A stretch of 64,000 nucleotides of DNA from NCBI GenBank assembly GCA_024103275.1, contig JAGFIV010000094.1, positions 1,508-65,507 on the forward strand, in the 5' to 3' direction. Below, one piece after another: positions 18,747 through 27,160 of this stretch (the stretch's first letter is position 1; every line of letters begins with the position of its first letter). The position numbers were made by a program, and so were the translations under genes. Under the pieces are notes generated by a model. The model searched no databases. It was not told the DNA's origin and worked only from the letters and a program-made list of their open reading frames with translations. The stretch comes from Flavobacteriales bacterium (lineage in GTDB: Bacteria; Bacteroidota; Bacteroidia; Flavobacteriales_F; PHOS-HE28).

Positions 18747-20099
18747 TTATAGGTCCTCAGCCTTCACCGCCTTTCCGCGACCGAGGTAGGTCAGCACGCT
18801 GCGGAAGCCGATGTAGCACTTGGCCGTGTCTTGGTACTCGTATGCCCTGGTGCCCGTCTGCAGGTATAGCCCCACATCCTTGAAGGAGCCTCCCCGCACC
18901 ACCTTGCGCTTCATCACCGGCGGGTCGTTGGCCAGGGCATCAAAGGAATACTCAGGGTTCATGTCGTGGTCGAAGTCGTACACGCTTTCGTCGAAGGCCG
19001 TGTTGGTCCATTCGGCCACGTTGCCGGCCATGCAATACAAGCCGTAGTCATTGGGCGAGTAACTGTCGATGGGCACGGTGTGGAAACCGCCGTCGTCGGT
19101 GTAGTTGCCGTGCAGCGGCTTGAAGTTGGCGAGGAAGCAGCCTTGGCGGTTCCTCACGTAGGGCCCGCCCCAAGGCCAAGGCGAGAGGTCCAGGCCCCCG
19201 CGTGCGGCATATTCCCATTCCGCCTCGGAAGGCAGCCGGAAATGGTTGATGAACGGCTCGCCGTTGCCTTGCAACCACGCATTCATCATGTTTTGGGTAC
19301 GCCAGACGTTGAATGCCTTGGCCTGGCTCCAAGTGACCCCCACCACGGGATAGTCGTCATAGGCCGGGTGCCAGAAGTAGTTCTCCGTCATGGGTTCATT
19401 GTAGGAGTACGTGAAGTCATGGACCCAGGACAACGTATCGGGGTACACATTGATCACCTCCTTGATGATGAACTTGCTGCGGTCGCTGTGGCCTTGGATG
19501 GCTGTCTTCTGCCCCTTGGTATTGGTGTAGCCCAGGTCGAGGTCCCTTCCGCTCTTGCGGGCCGCTTCCCGAAGATCGATCCAATAGTACTCGAACATGA
19601 GCTTCCGGGTATCGATCTCCTTGCGCCGGTAGAACCGCTCGCCTTCGGGATAGAACATGTCGGCCAGGGCCTCACGCTCCTCCTCCCCTTCCCAATTGAT
19701 CCGGGGTTTCCAATAGATCACCGGCGGGTCGATCTCCTCGCCGAACTCATCCTCGGTGACCACATGCTCGCCGATGTCCTCCTCTCCCAGGATCTTCTTG
19801 GCGGTGGAGTCGATCACATATTCGACGAACTGACGGTACTCGTTATTGCTGATCTCCGTCTGGTCCATGTAGAACGCCTGCACGGAGACCGTCTTGGACT
19901 TGGCCACCATGGCATAGGGGGCATCCTGGTCGCTGGGCCCCATGACGTAGCTGCCCATGGGGATGTAGTTCATCCCGTACGGGTCCACTTGGTACCAGGT
20001 AGGCCGGTTCTGCGCGCCGATCAGCTGCCCTTGGCCGCCCCTGCCACAACTGGCCAGCAGGGCAATGCCGCAGAGGTATAGGATGGGACTTCGTTCCAT
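18747..20099 (-). CDS. gldK: T9SS/gliding lipoprotein GldK (PorK), FGE-sulfatase fold
   Basis: 450 aa. Lipobox LLASCG. SUMF1/FGE-like motifs are present: RLPSEAEWEYAARGG, GNVAEWT and RGGSF. Confidence 0.92.
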   Translation of the reverse strand: MERSPILYLCGIALLASCGRGGQGQLIGAQNRPTWYQVDPYGMNYIPMGSYVMGPSDQDAPYAMVAKSKTVSVQAFYMDQTEISNNEYRQFVEYVIDSTAKKILGEEDIGEHVVTEDEFGEEIDPPVIYWKPRINWEGEEEREALADMFYPEGERFYRRKEIDTRKLMFEYYWIDLREAARKSGRDLDLGYTNTKGQKTAIQGHSDRSKFIIKEVINVYPDTLSWVHDFTYSYNEPMTENYFWHPAYDDYPVVGVTWSQAKAFNVWRTQNMMNAWLQGNGEPFINHFRLPSEAEWEYAARGGLDLSPWPWGGPYVRNRQGCFLANFKPLHGNYTDDGGFHTVPIDSYSPNDYGLYCMAGNVAEWTNTAFDESVYDFDHDMNPEYSFDALANDPPVMKRKVVRGGSFKDVGLYLQTGTRAYEYQDTAKCYIGFRSVLTYLGRGKAVKAEDL

Positions 20100-20216
20100 G
20101 GTCTTCCTTTTTTACCGTTCCCGACCTGTCCAGGTTCCTTGCAGGGTTCCTTTGGGTTTCACGGGTATGGGTTGGACAGAATTGCAACGGCGATCAGTTC
20201 CTTTTGTTACGTAGGC

Positions 20217-21152
20217 TTACAGGAACCGGGGGTGGTGGTACATCTCAAAGACCTCCGGTTTGACGATCTTGAAGCAGTAGCTCAGCATCACCTCGTGGCT
20301 GCCGCTGCTGTAATTCTTGAGGGCCGAGGTGGTAATGTCATAGCTGTACCCGATGCGCAGCATGCTGTCCCCCTTGGGGAACTGGTGCTGGTAGCCGATC
20401 ATCGGGGCGATGGCATCCTCCGTGCGGAAGCCCACGCCCGCCCAGACCATGTTGTCGTACAGGAACAACGCCCCCACGTCCAGCTGGGTGGAGCTGGCAT
20501 CGCTCTTCAGCATGATACTGGGCTGGAGCACGTATTTCTTGTTGCCGCCCAAGGCCCAGTCGTAGCCTCCCTGGACATAGTAGTGGCGCTTGTTCTTGAT
20601 GCTGACATCCTTGAGCTCGGTCTCCGGCAGCTGGGTGCTGGAGATCCCGATCCAGAGCTGGGGGGATTTGTAATACAACCCCGCGCCCAGGTCGAAACCC
20701 GATGCGCTGCTTCCGGAAGAAGGGATGGCGTGGTCATCCTCCACGGGGTCCACGGCAATCCAGGTGCCTGAGAGGGCACGGCCCGACATCCCGGCGTAGA
20801 TGCCCGCGCTGAGGGTGCTTTGGCTGCCCACCTTCAAATGATAGGCATAGTGCAGGCGTGCGATGGTGCTCGTCTCCATGCCCAGCTTATCGTAGTACAC
20901 GGACAACCCGACGCCGCTGCGGATCTTCGTCCAAGGGGCCTGCAGGTTGATCAACCCGGTCTTGGGGGCCCCGTCGAACCCGGACCACTGTTGACGCATC
21001 AGGGCGGTGGCACAGATGTTGCCGCTGAGCCCCGCCACGGCCGGGTTGACCGACAGGCGGTCGAACATGTACTGGGTGTATTGTGGGTCTTGTTGGGCGA
21101 AGGCGATGCTCCCCACCATGGCGAAAACGACTGCCGTAACGTGCCTTCTCAT
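20217..21152 (-). CDS. PorP/SprF-family T9SS outer-membrane protein
   Basis: 311 aa. AQQDPQYTQYMFDRLSVNPAVAG is the family hallmark. It lies immediately upstream of gldK, as in porP-porKLMN. Confidence 0.88.
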   Translation of the reverse strand: MRRHVTAVVFAMVGSIAFAQQDPQYTQYMFDRLSVNPAVAGLSGNICATALMRQQWSGFDGAPKTGLINLQAPWTKIRSGVGLSVYYDKLGMETSTIARLHYAYHLKVGSQSTLSAGIYAGMSGRALSGTWIAVDPVEDDHAIPSSGSSASGFDLGAGLYYKSPQLWIGISSTQLPETELKDVSIKNKRHYYVQGGYDWALGGNKKYVLQPSIMLKSDASSTQLDVGALFLYDNMVWAGVGFRTEDAIAPMIGYQHQFPKGDSMLRIGYSYDITTSALKNYSSGSHEVMLSYCFKIVKPEVFEMYHHPRFL

Positions 21153-21294
21153 GCGTTTTTCCTGATTTGACGCGGCTTTCAGCCCCTCAGGTCTGGAGCC
21201 ATGACCGGATTATCCGCCGCCAAAATAGCAAAAAAGCATGCCGGCCGAACTTTTCAACAAATTTCCCGTCGGCCACCCTGCCCCCTCCGAAGCG

Positions 21295-22464
21295 CTAGGC
21301 CAGCTTCTGGAAGGTGCGCCACCAGCGGTCGGGGACCTCTTCGCGGCACGCGGCCATGTAGTCGCTGTATGCACATGGCACCAGGTGGTGGCGCTCGAAG
21401 CGGGCCTCACGCTCAGCCCGGTATGGGACATCCATCCACCAGCGGTCGCTGACGGTGCTCTTGTAGAAGATCAACTCCTGCTCGTGCCCCTTGATAGGCA
21501 CATGGAAGCGGGTGAAGCGCTTGCGGTCCAGCCAAGGCAGGTCATTGGTGCGGCTGCCGAAACCGTCCAGGAAGCACCAGACCATCTGGGCGGCAAGCTG
21601 GGCGGTCACCTGGTCCTGGTCGCGCCACGGGTCCATCTCGTACAGGCCGACAGAGGTGACCTTTTCGCTGATGCCGGCATAGCGCATGAGCTGGCAGATC
21701 TCCTCTCCATGAAACCCGTTGGGGCCGGGGCGGGTGGTACCCGGGGCATCGGAGCGCCGCACGCTGGAGAGGTCCACGCTGATGGTGTCGGCATTGCGCA
21801 GCACCGGCTCGGCATCGGCCAGGTTGGCCCGCAACTCGCCCAAGCGGTGGGCATCGAAGAAGAGCTTGTCCATCAGCTCGATGCCGGGCTGGTCCACCAG
21901 GTAGGTCTGGTAACCCAGGTTGCTGTAATTGAACAGGTAGTTGGGCTGGCGCAGCACGATCTGGCTGAGGTAGCTGCTTTCCGCCAGGGCCTGGCCGGGC
22001 TCGCCCAGGTCGAACCGGGCATCGATACAGGCCAGGTTGGCCGTGCGCTCCAGCTTCTCATAGGCCATGTACTGGGAGAAGGTATGGCCCTGTCCGCCGC
22101 CGATGATGACCGGGACGATGTTGGCATGGATCAGCTCGGTGATGGCCTCGGCCACCGCATGGCGCGTATCCTCGGCCGATTCGCCCGGGTGGATGTCCCC
22201 CAGGTCGGCGATGCCGAAACCGTGGGCGGGCATGTACAACCGGTAGAGCTGCGCCCGCACGGCATCGGGGGCATCAACGCATCCACGGGGCTTGGCATGG
22301 CCGGGATCATCCAACACGCCCATGATGGCCACCTTGACCCCCTCCAGGGACGGCATGCCCTGGTCGGTGTGGAACAGGGTGTTGTCCCCCAAAGTATTGG
22401 CCAGCCATTCGGGCCGGGCGGCCCCAAAGGCTTTCGATGGTTTGAAGAAGATGCTGGATTCCAT
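21295..22464 (-). CDS. Arginase-family hydrolase (formimidoylglutamase/agmatinase-like)
   Basis: 389 aa. Ureohydrolase-type motifs are present: PVIIGGGQGHT, IDARFDL and SVDLSSV. Confidence 0.75.
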   Translation of the reverse strand: MESSIFFKPSKAFGAARPEWLANTLGDNTLFHTDQGMPSLEGVKVAIMGVLDDPGHAKPRGCVDAPDAVRAQLYRLYMPAHGFGIADLGDIHPGESAEDTRHAVAEAITELIHANIVPVIIGGGQGHTFSQYMAYEKLERTANLACIDARFDLGEPGQALAESSYLSQIVLRQPNYLFNYSNLGYQTYLVDQPGIELMDKLFFDAHRLGELRANLADAEPVLRNADTISVDLSSVRRSDAPGTTRPGPNGFHGEEICQLMRYAGISEKVTSVGLYEMDPWRDQDQVTAQLAAQMVWCFLDGFGSRTNDLPWLDRKRFTRFHVPIKGHEQELIFYKSTVSDRWWMDVPYRAEREARFERHHLVPCAYSDYMAACREEVPDRWWRTFQKLA

Positions 22465-22584
22465 GGAGGTCGCAGGCTGTTGCCCCGGCCGCTAAGATGG
22501 CGGGCAACACCCCTGCCGTTCCCAGTCGCGGCAAGCCAGATGCGCACAGGCACCTGTTGATCCAAGCCCCGGCAGGCCCACTCC

Positions 22585-25170
22585 CTACTTCTTGGCCGCG
22601 GCCTTCTTCCTGGGAGCCGCCTTTTTCGCGGCGGCCTTCTTTGGGGCTGCCTTCTTTGGGGCTGCCTTCTTTGCGGCGCCCCTCTTGCCTCGTCCTTTCC
22701 GCTCGGGGGCCCCGGCCAGCATCGTTTGCGCCTCCTCCAAGGAGAGCCCAGCCGGTTCCTTGTCCTTGGGCACCGTGGCGTTCTTGCTCCCGTCGGTGAC
22801 GTAGGGGCCATAACGGCCGGCCAGCACTTGGATGCCCGCGCCCGCGAATTCCTTGATGACGTTCGCACGGACCCCTTCCAGCTTCGCCTTGATCAGTTCG
22901 ATGCCACGTTCCAGGGTCAAGGCCGCAGGATCTTCCCCCTTGGGGATGTTGGCGTAGGTCTTCCCGAAGCGGACGAACGGGCCGAAGCGGCCCCGGCCCA
23001 CCTCCAACACGCCATCCTCGTACGGCCCCAGTTCGCGCGTGGCGTTGGCGGCCTTCTTCGCTTCGATCAGCTCGATGGCGCGGGGCAGTTCAATGGCGAT
23101 GGGGTCGTCGTCCGGGCCCAGGCTGGCGAAGGTGTTGCCCAACTTCACGTACGGCCCGAAACGGCCCACGCCCACGATCACCTCCTCTTCACCGCTGCGG
23201 CCCAGGGTGCGCGGCAGCTTGAAAAGGTCAAGGGCATCCTGCAAGGTGATGGTGGCGATGCTTTGGTCCTTGCGCAGGGAGGCGAACCTTGGCTTTTCCT
23301 CATCCTCCACGCCACCGATCTGCACCATGGGCCCGAAGCGCCCGATGCGGGCCACCACGTCCTTGCCCGAGGCGGGGTCCTGCCCCAAGGTCCTGGAGCC
23401 CGATGCACGGTCGGCGGTTTCCACCACGGTGGCAATGGTGGTGTGGAACGGCTTGTAGAAGCGGGCGATCATCTCGCGCCAATTCTCCTGCCCCCGTGCA
23501 ATGCCGTCGAATTCCTCCTCCACCTTGGCGGTGAAGTTGAAATCGACGATGGAGGGGAAGTGCTCCACCAGGAACCCGTTGACCACCATGCCGATGTCCG
23601 TGGGGAAGAGCTTCTGTTTTTCCGCGCCCACCGTTTCGGAGGCCGTGCGGCCCGCGATCTGGCCATCGGTGCCCAACGTGAGGATGCGGAAGGGCCGTTG
23701 CATGCCCTCGCGGCTCTCCTTGACCACGTAGCCGCGCTTCTGCACGGTGCTGATGGTGGGAGCATAAGTGGAAGGACGGCCGATGCCCAGTTCCTCCAGC
23801 TTCTTCACCAGGCTGGCCTCGGTGTAGCGGGGTGCCGGACGGTCGAAACGCTGGGTGGCCACCAATTCCTGCAGCGCCAGTTCCTCGCCTTGGCGCATCT
23901 CCGGCAACAGCCCTTCCTGCTCCTCGTCCTCCTCGTCCCTGCCTTCCAGGTATACCTTGAGGAAGCCGTCGAAGGTGATCACCTCGCCTTGGGCCTTCAG
24001 CGGCTCGCCCGGCCGTGTGCTGATGGCGATGTCCACCACGGTCTTTTCCAGTTCGGCATCGGCCATCTGGCTCGCCAGTGTCCGCTTCCAGATCAGGTCA
24101 TATAGCCGTTCGGCATCGCGGTCGCTCCCGGCATGGCGCACCAGCATGTCGGCGGGCCGGATGGCCTCGTGGGCCTCCTGCGCACCCTTGGTCTTGGTGT
24201 GGTATTGCCGCGTCTTTCCGTACCGCGCCCCATATTGGGAGGTGATGGCTTCCGCCGCGGCTTGCAGGGCGAAATCGCTCAGGTTCACGCTGTCGGTACG
24301 CATATAAGTGATGTGCCCCTGCTCATACAGCCCCTGCGCAATGCGCATGGTGCGGTCCACCCCGAAGCCCAGTTTGCGCGAAGCTTCCTGCTGCAGGGTG
24401 CTGGTGGTGAACGGGGGCGCAGGCGTGCGCCTGGCCGGCTTCTTCTCCACGGCTTGCACCGTGTAGGTGGCCCCCGTGCAGGCTTGCAGGAATCGCATGG
24501 CCTCGTCCTCCGTGGCAAACCGCTTGGGCAGCTCGGCCTTCACCGCCGCTTTCCCGGCGGTGAGCAGTTGGGCGGTGACCCGGAATGCGCTTTGGGCCTG
24601 GAAGCCGGTGATCTCGGCCTCGCGGTCCACGATCAGGCGCACGGCCACGCTCTGCACGCGCCCCGCGCTGAGGCTGGGCTTCACCTTGCGCCACAGCACG
24701 GGGCTGAGCTCGTAGCCCACCAGGCGGTCCAGCACCCGGCGCGCCTGCTGGGCGTCCACCAGGTTGATGTCGATGCTGCGCGGATTATCCATGGCCGCGG
24801 TCACCGCCTTCTTGGTGATCTCATTGAAGGTGACGCGCTTCACCTTGCCATCAGGCAGCTCCAAGGCTTCCTTCAAGTGCCAGCTGATGGCCTCCCCTTC
24901 CCGGTCTTCATCAGTGGCCAGCCATACGGTGGCCGCCTTGGCCGCCTGTTTCCGCAACTCGGCCAGCTTGGGCTTCTTGTCATCGGGAACGATGTACTCG
25001 GGCTCGAAGCCGTGTTCCACGTCCACGCTCAGGTCCCGCTCCGGCAGGTCGCGCACATGGCCGAAGCTGCTCAGCACGGTGAAGCCCGGCCCGAGGTACT
25101 TTTCAATGGTCTTGGCCTTGGCCGGCGACTCCACGATCACCAAGTCGTTGGTTGCATCATTCTTGGCCAT
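22585..25170 (-). CDS. topA: DNA topoisomerase I with a lysine/alanine-rich C-terminal tail
   Basis: Track ORF 22585..25491. Start reset to ATG 25170 (MAKNDATNDLVIVESPAKAKTIEKYLG, Toprim). The catalytic region contains ITYMRTDS. The C-terminus has repeated GRFGPYV motifs and ends with KKAAPKKAAPKKAAAKKAAPRKKAAAKK. Confidence 0.95.
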   Translation of the reverse strand: MAKNDATNDLVIVESPAKAKTIEKYLGPGFTVLSSFGHVRDLPERDLSVDVEHGFEPEYIVPDDKKPKLAELRKQAAKAATVWLATDEDREGEAISWHLKEALELPDGKVKRVTFNEITKKAVTAAMDNPRSIDINLVDAQQARRVLDRLVGYELSPVLWRKVKPSLSAGRVQSVAVRLIVDREAEITGFQAQSAFRVTAQLLTAGKAAVKAELPKRFATEDEAMRFLQACTGATYTVQAVEKKPARRTPAPPFTTSTLQQEASRKLGFGVDRTMRIAQGLYEQGHITYMRTDSVNLSDFALQAAAEAITSQYGARYGKTRQYHTKTKGAQEAHEAIRPADMLVRHAGSDRDAERLYDLIWKRTLASQMADAELEKTVVDIAISTRPGEPLKAQGEVITFDGFLKVYLEGRDEEDEEQEGLLPEMRQGEELALQELVATQRFDRPAPRYTEASLVKKLEELGIGRPSTYAPTISTVQKRGYVVKESREGMQRPFRILTLGTDGQIAGRTASETVGAEKQKLFPTDIGMVVNGFLVEHFPSIVDFNFTAKVEEEFDGIARGQENWREMIARFYKPFHTTIATVVETADRASGSRTLGQDPASGKDVVARIGRFGPMVQIGGVEDEEKPRFASLRKDQSIATITLQDALDLFKLPRTLGRSGEEEVIVGVGRFGPYVKLGNTFASLGPDDDPIAIELPRAIELIEAKKAANATRELGPYEDGVLEVGRGRFGPFVRFGKTYANIPKGEDPAALTLERGIELIKAKLEGVRANVIKEFAGAGIQVLAGRYGPYVTDGSKNATVPKDKEPAGLSLEEAQTMLAGAPERKGRGKRGAAKKAAPKKAAPKKAAAKKAAPRKKAAAKK
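22634..22678. repeat. Tandem 15-nt repeat (3 good copies plus degenerate flanks) encoding the KKAAP units of the TopA tail
   Basis: gccttctttggggct / gccttctttggggct / gccttctttgcggcg, read directly from the sequence. Related degenerate units extend to about 22591. Confidence 0.85.
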
Positions 25171-25559
25171 GGGAAACGAATTTGCGGGCGCAAAGCAAAT
25201 GCCTTTCCGTGGAATGAAAGGCAACAGGATGCCCGACCTGGGCCTTCCCCTTCGGGGAAGAAAAACGGCAGGGGCGAGGGGCCGCCGGGGGCGGATGCGG
25301 AAGCACACATGGGATCGGCAGGAACGACCCGGCATGGCCCGGTGCCATCCTCGGACCTGCCCGGAACGACATGGTGCCGGACGAAAAATCCCCATTTCTG
25401 GGTATTGTGCGGGGCATTCCGTCACCGTTGCTTCGCACCGTGGACTTGACCCCGTGGCCTGTCGCCGGTGAAGGAGCACACCGTGCGGCAACTATAAAGC
25501 CACCGGGAGGTCGGGACCACCATGGGTGGCGTAGCCTTGGCAACGGACACCCCCCTAAA

Positions 25560-25587
25560 GAAGGCCTCTCCGCAAGGAGGGGCCTTC
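25560..25587 (-). terminator. Stem-loop with a U-run downstream of the DUF2141 gene
   Basis: On the minus strand GAAGGCCCCTCC-TTGC-GGAGAGGCCTTC forms a 12-bp stem with one mismatch, followed by TTTAGGGG. It lies 132 nt downstream of the stop at 25719. Confidence 0.5.
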
Positions 25588-25718
25588 TACTTGGTCGACG
25601 ATGTATCAACCACCGGCTTGAGCGCAAGCACCATCGCCCTTCATCCATGCCTCCCTCTTGCCTACTACCTGCCCGGATGTACACGGGGAATGGTCTTCGG
25701 GCCGGTCCGCTGTTACAA

Positions 25719-26180
25719 CTATACGACCTGCACCCTGATCCGCAGGTCCTGCTCCACCTCGAAGCTGGCCTTCCTGAAGTTGGGCCGGTTGCCAAGGCCA
25801 ATGGTGTTGTAGTTGGAAAAGCCGATGCCTTCCTTGGGCAGGAAGAGACCCTTGTCGATCTTGCCGTTCCCGTTCTCATCGTGGAGGATGTTCACGGCAT
25901 ACCGGCCGGGAGGCAGGCCGGTGAAGGTGTATGTGGCCTACCCGCCCACGATCGGGGCCGTGCCCCGCTTGCAGCTGTGCTCGTAATGCTCGTCGGGGAT
26001 GGTGCCATCCCGATCGCACAAGGCGAATTGCACCCGGCCCTTCGAGTTCCGAAGCTGGTCCACTTCCACGGTGAGCGAAACGGTGCGTTCCGGGGGAGCT
26101 GGCGGAATGGAAGGTTCCTGGATGTGGGGGACGCTGAGCGCCATGGCCGCCCACGCGGCCCAGATCGCAACGATGTTCAT
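25719..26180 (-). pseudogene. DUF2141-family secreted protein gene interrupted by an in-frame TAG (25938..25940)
   Basis: ATG at 26180. The translation reads MNIVAIWAAWAAMALSV...CKRGTAPIVGG-TAG-ATYTFTGLPPGRYAVNILHDENGNGKIDKGLFLPKEGIGFSNYNTIGLGNRPNFRKASFEVEQDLRIRVQVV-TAG(25719). The DUF2141 core (YAV..HDEN.NGK.D...P.E.GFSN) lies after the internal stop in the same frame. Confidence 0.8.
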
Positions 26181-26191
26181 GCTTCAGGGTT

Positions 26192-27160
26192 TCACAGATC
26201 GAAGGCTACGGTCACGCTTCCATATTCCAAGGCATTGCCGCCCTTGAAGGGTGCGGTGCGCATTTTCCGGGACAGTGAAATGGCCAGTTTCGGCCGCTCA
26301 TACACCAGCCCCACTTCGGTGAAGGCGCTGATCCGCTCGATCATGTCCTTGCCCAGCGTGTATCCTTCCTCGGAAGACGTGATGTGATGGATGATGCCGC
26401 CCTGCAGCAAGGCGTTGTAATAGATCACTCGGGCCGTGGGCTGCATCAACAGGTAGAGCTGGTGATCCTTCCGGCCGTTGCCGGCCTCGGGGGGCGTATC
26501 ATAGGAGCTCCGCACGCGGCCCACTTGCAGCTTGAACCCGGCGCCCACCGCATCATAAAGGGTGCCCACGTACGCATCCATGACGCCGGACACGATGAGT
26601 TTGCCGGACACGTTCACCACCTCGCGCTCCACCTCCAGGTTGTAATTCAGAATGATGTCGTTGGGCACCTGATTGTGCCAACCCTCCGGCTTGGTATAGC
26701 CAATGGCGCGGTGCACCCATGTCTGCGCCTCGTCCGCCATGCTCAGGGGGCCCGTCACGCCCAGGTTCACCGCAGTGGTCAGGATCATCCGCTTTTCGCG
26801 GTCCATGGACCGGAGCGAATGGATGGCGAAGAGGGCGCCCGCGTACGGCCTGTCATCGGGCTGCACCTCGGCAACGTCGATCCGCGAAGGGGTGAACATG
26901 TGCTGGGCGATGCCCCATCCGTACAGGTTCGAGTCATCCGCCACCTGCAGCAAGAGGCGCTGCGCGAAGTTGCGCTTCTCCCGGCGGTAGAAATATTCCA
27001 CCCGCACCCCGTTGGTGTAATAGCGGTCCGTTCCGTCGCCCTTGAAAACGAGGTAATCGTTCTCTCAGGCCAGCTTCAGCGAAGGGGCATTCCGTGTTTG
27101 CGCACCAACGGCCGACGGTATCAGTGCCAGGGTCAATGGGATGACGATAGCCCGGTTCAT
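26192..27160 (-). pseudogene. LpxR-family (DUF2219) lipid A deacylase-like outer-membrane protein gene interrupted by an in-frame TGA (27065..27067)
   Basis: ATG 27160 overlaps the RND pump stop (ATGA). The translation reads MNRAIVIPLTLALIPSAVGAQTRNAPSLKLA-TGA-ENDYLVFKGDGTDRYYTNGVRVEYFY... and is then open to 26192. The track shows only the GTG-started remnant 26192..27007. Confidence 0.8.

Noticed and set aside
22585-25491. N-terminally extended versions of track ORFs. Examples are topA at 968 aa, alaS at 897 aa, nhaA at 492 aa, the APC permease at 590 aa, pdxJ at 322 aa, the LpxL-like gene at 393 aa and the desaturase at 501 aa.
   Set aside because: The extensions are Arg/Gly/Pro-rich, overlap neighbouring genes or promoter boxes, and precede internal ATGs that give canonical family N-termini or signal peptides. 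Several track starts are GTG or TTG.
25719-27160. Stop-codon reassignment (TGA or TAG read as sense) as the explanation for the two interrupted genes
   Set aside because: TGA terminates the protease (1802), LpxR (26192) and RND (27157) genes, and TAG terminates moxR (5095) and DUF2141 (25719), all at positions matching normal protein lengths. About 55 other genes show no internal stops. No SECIS-like or Pyl context is evident.
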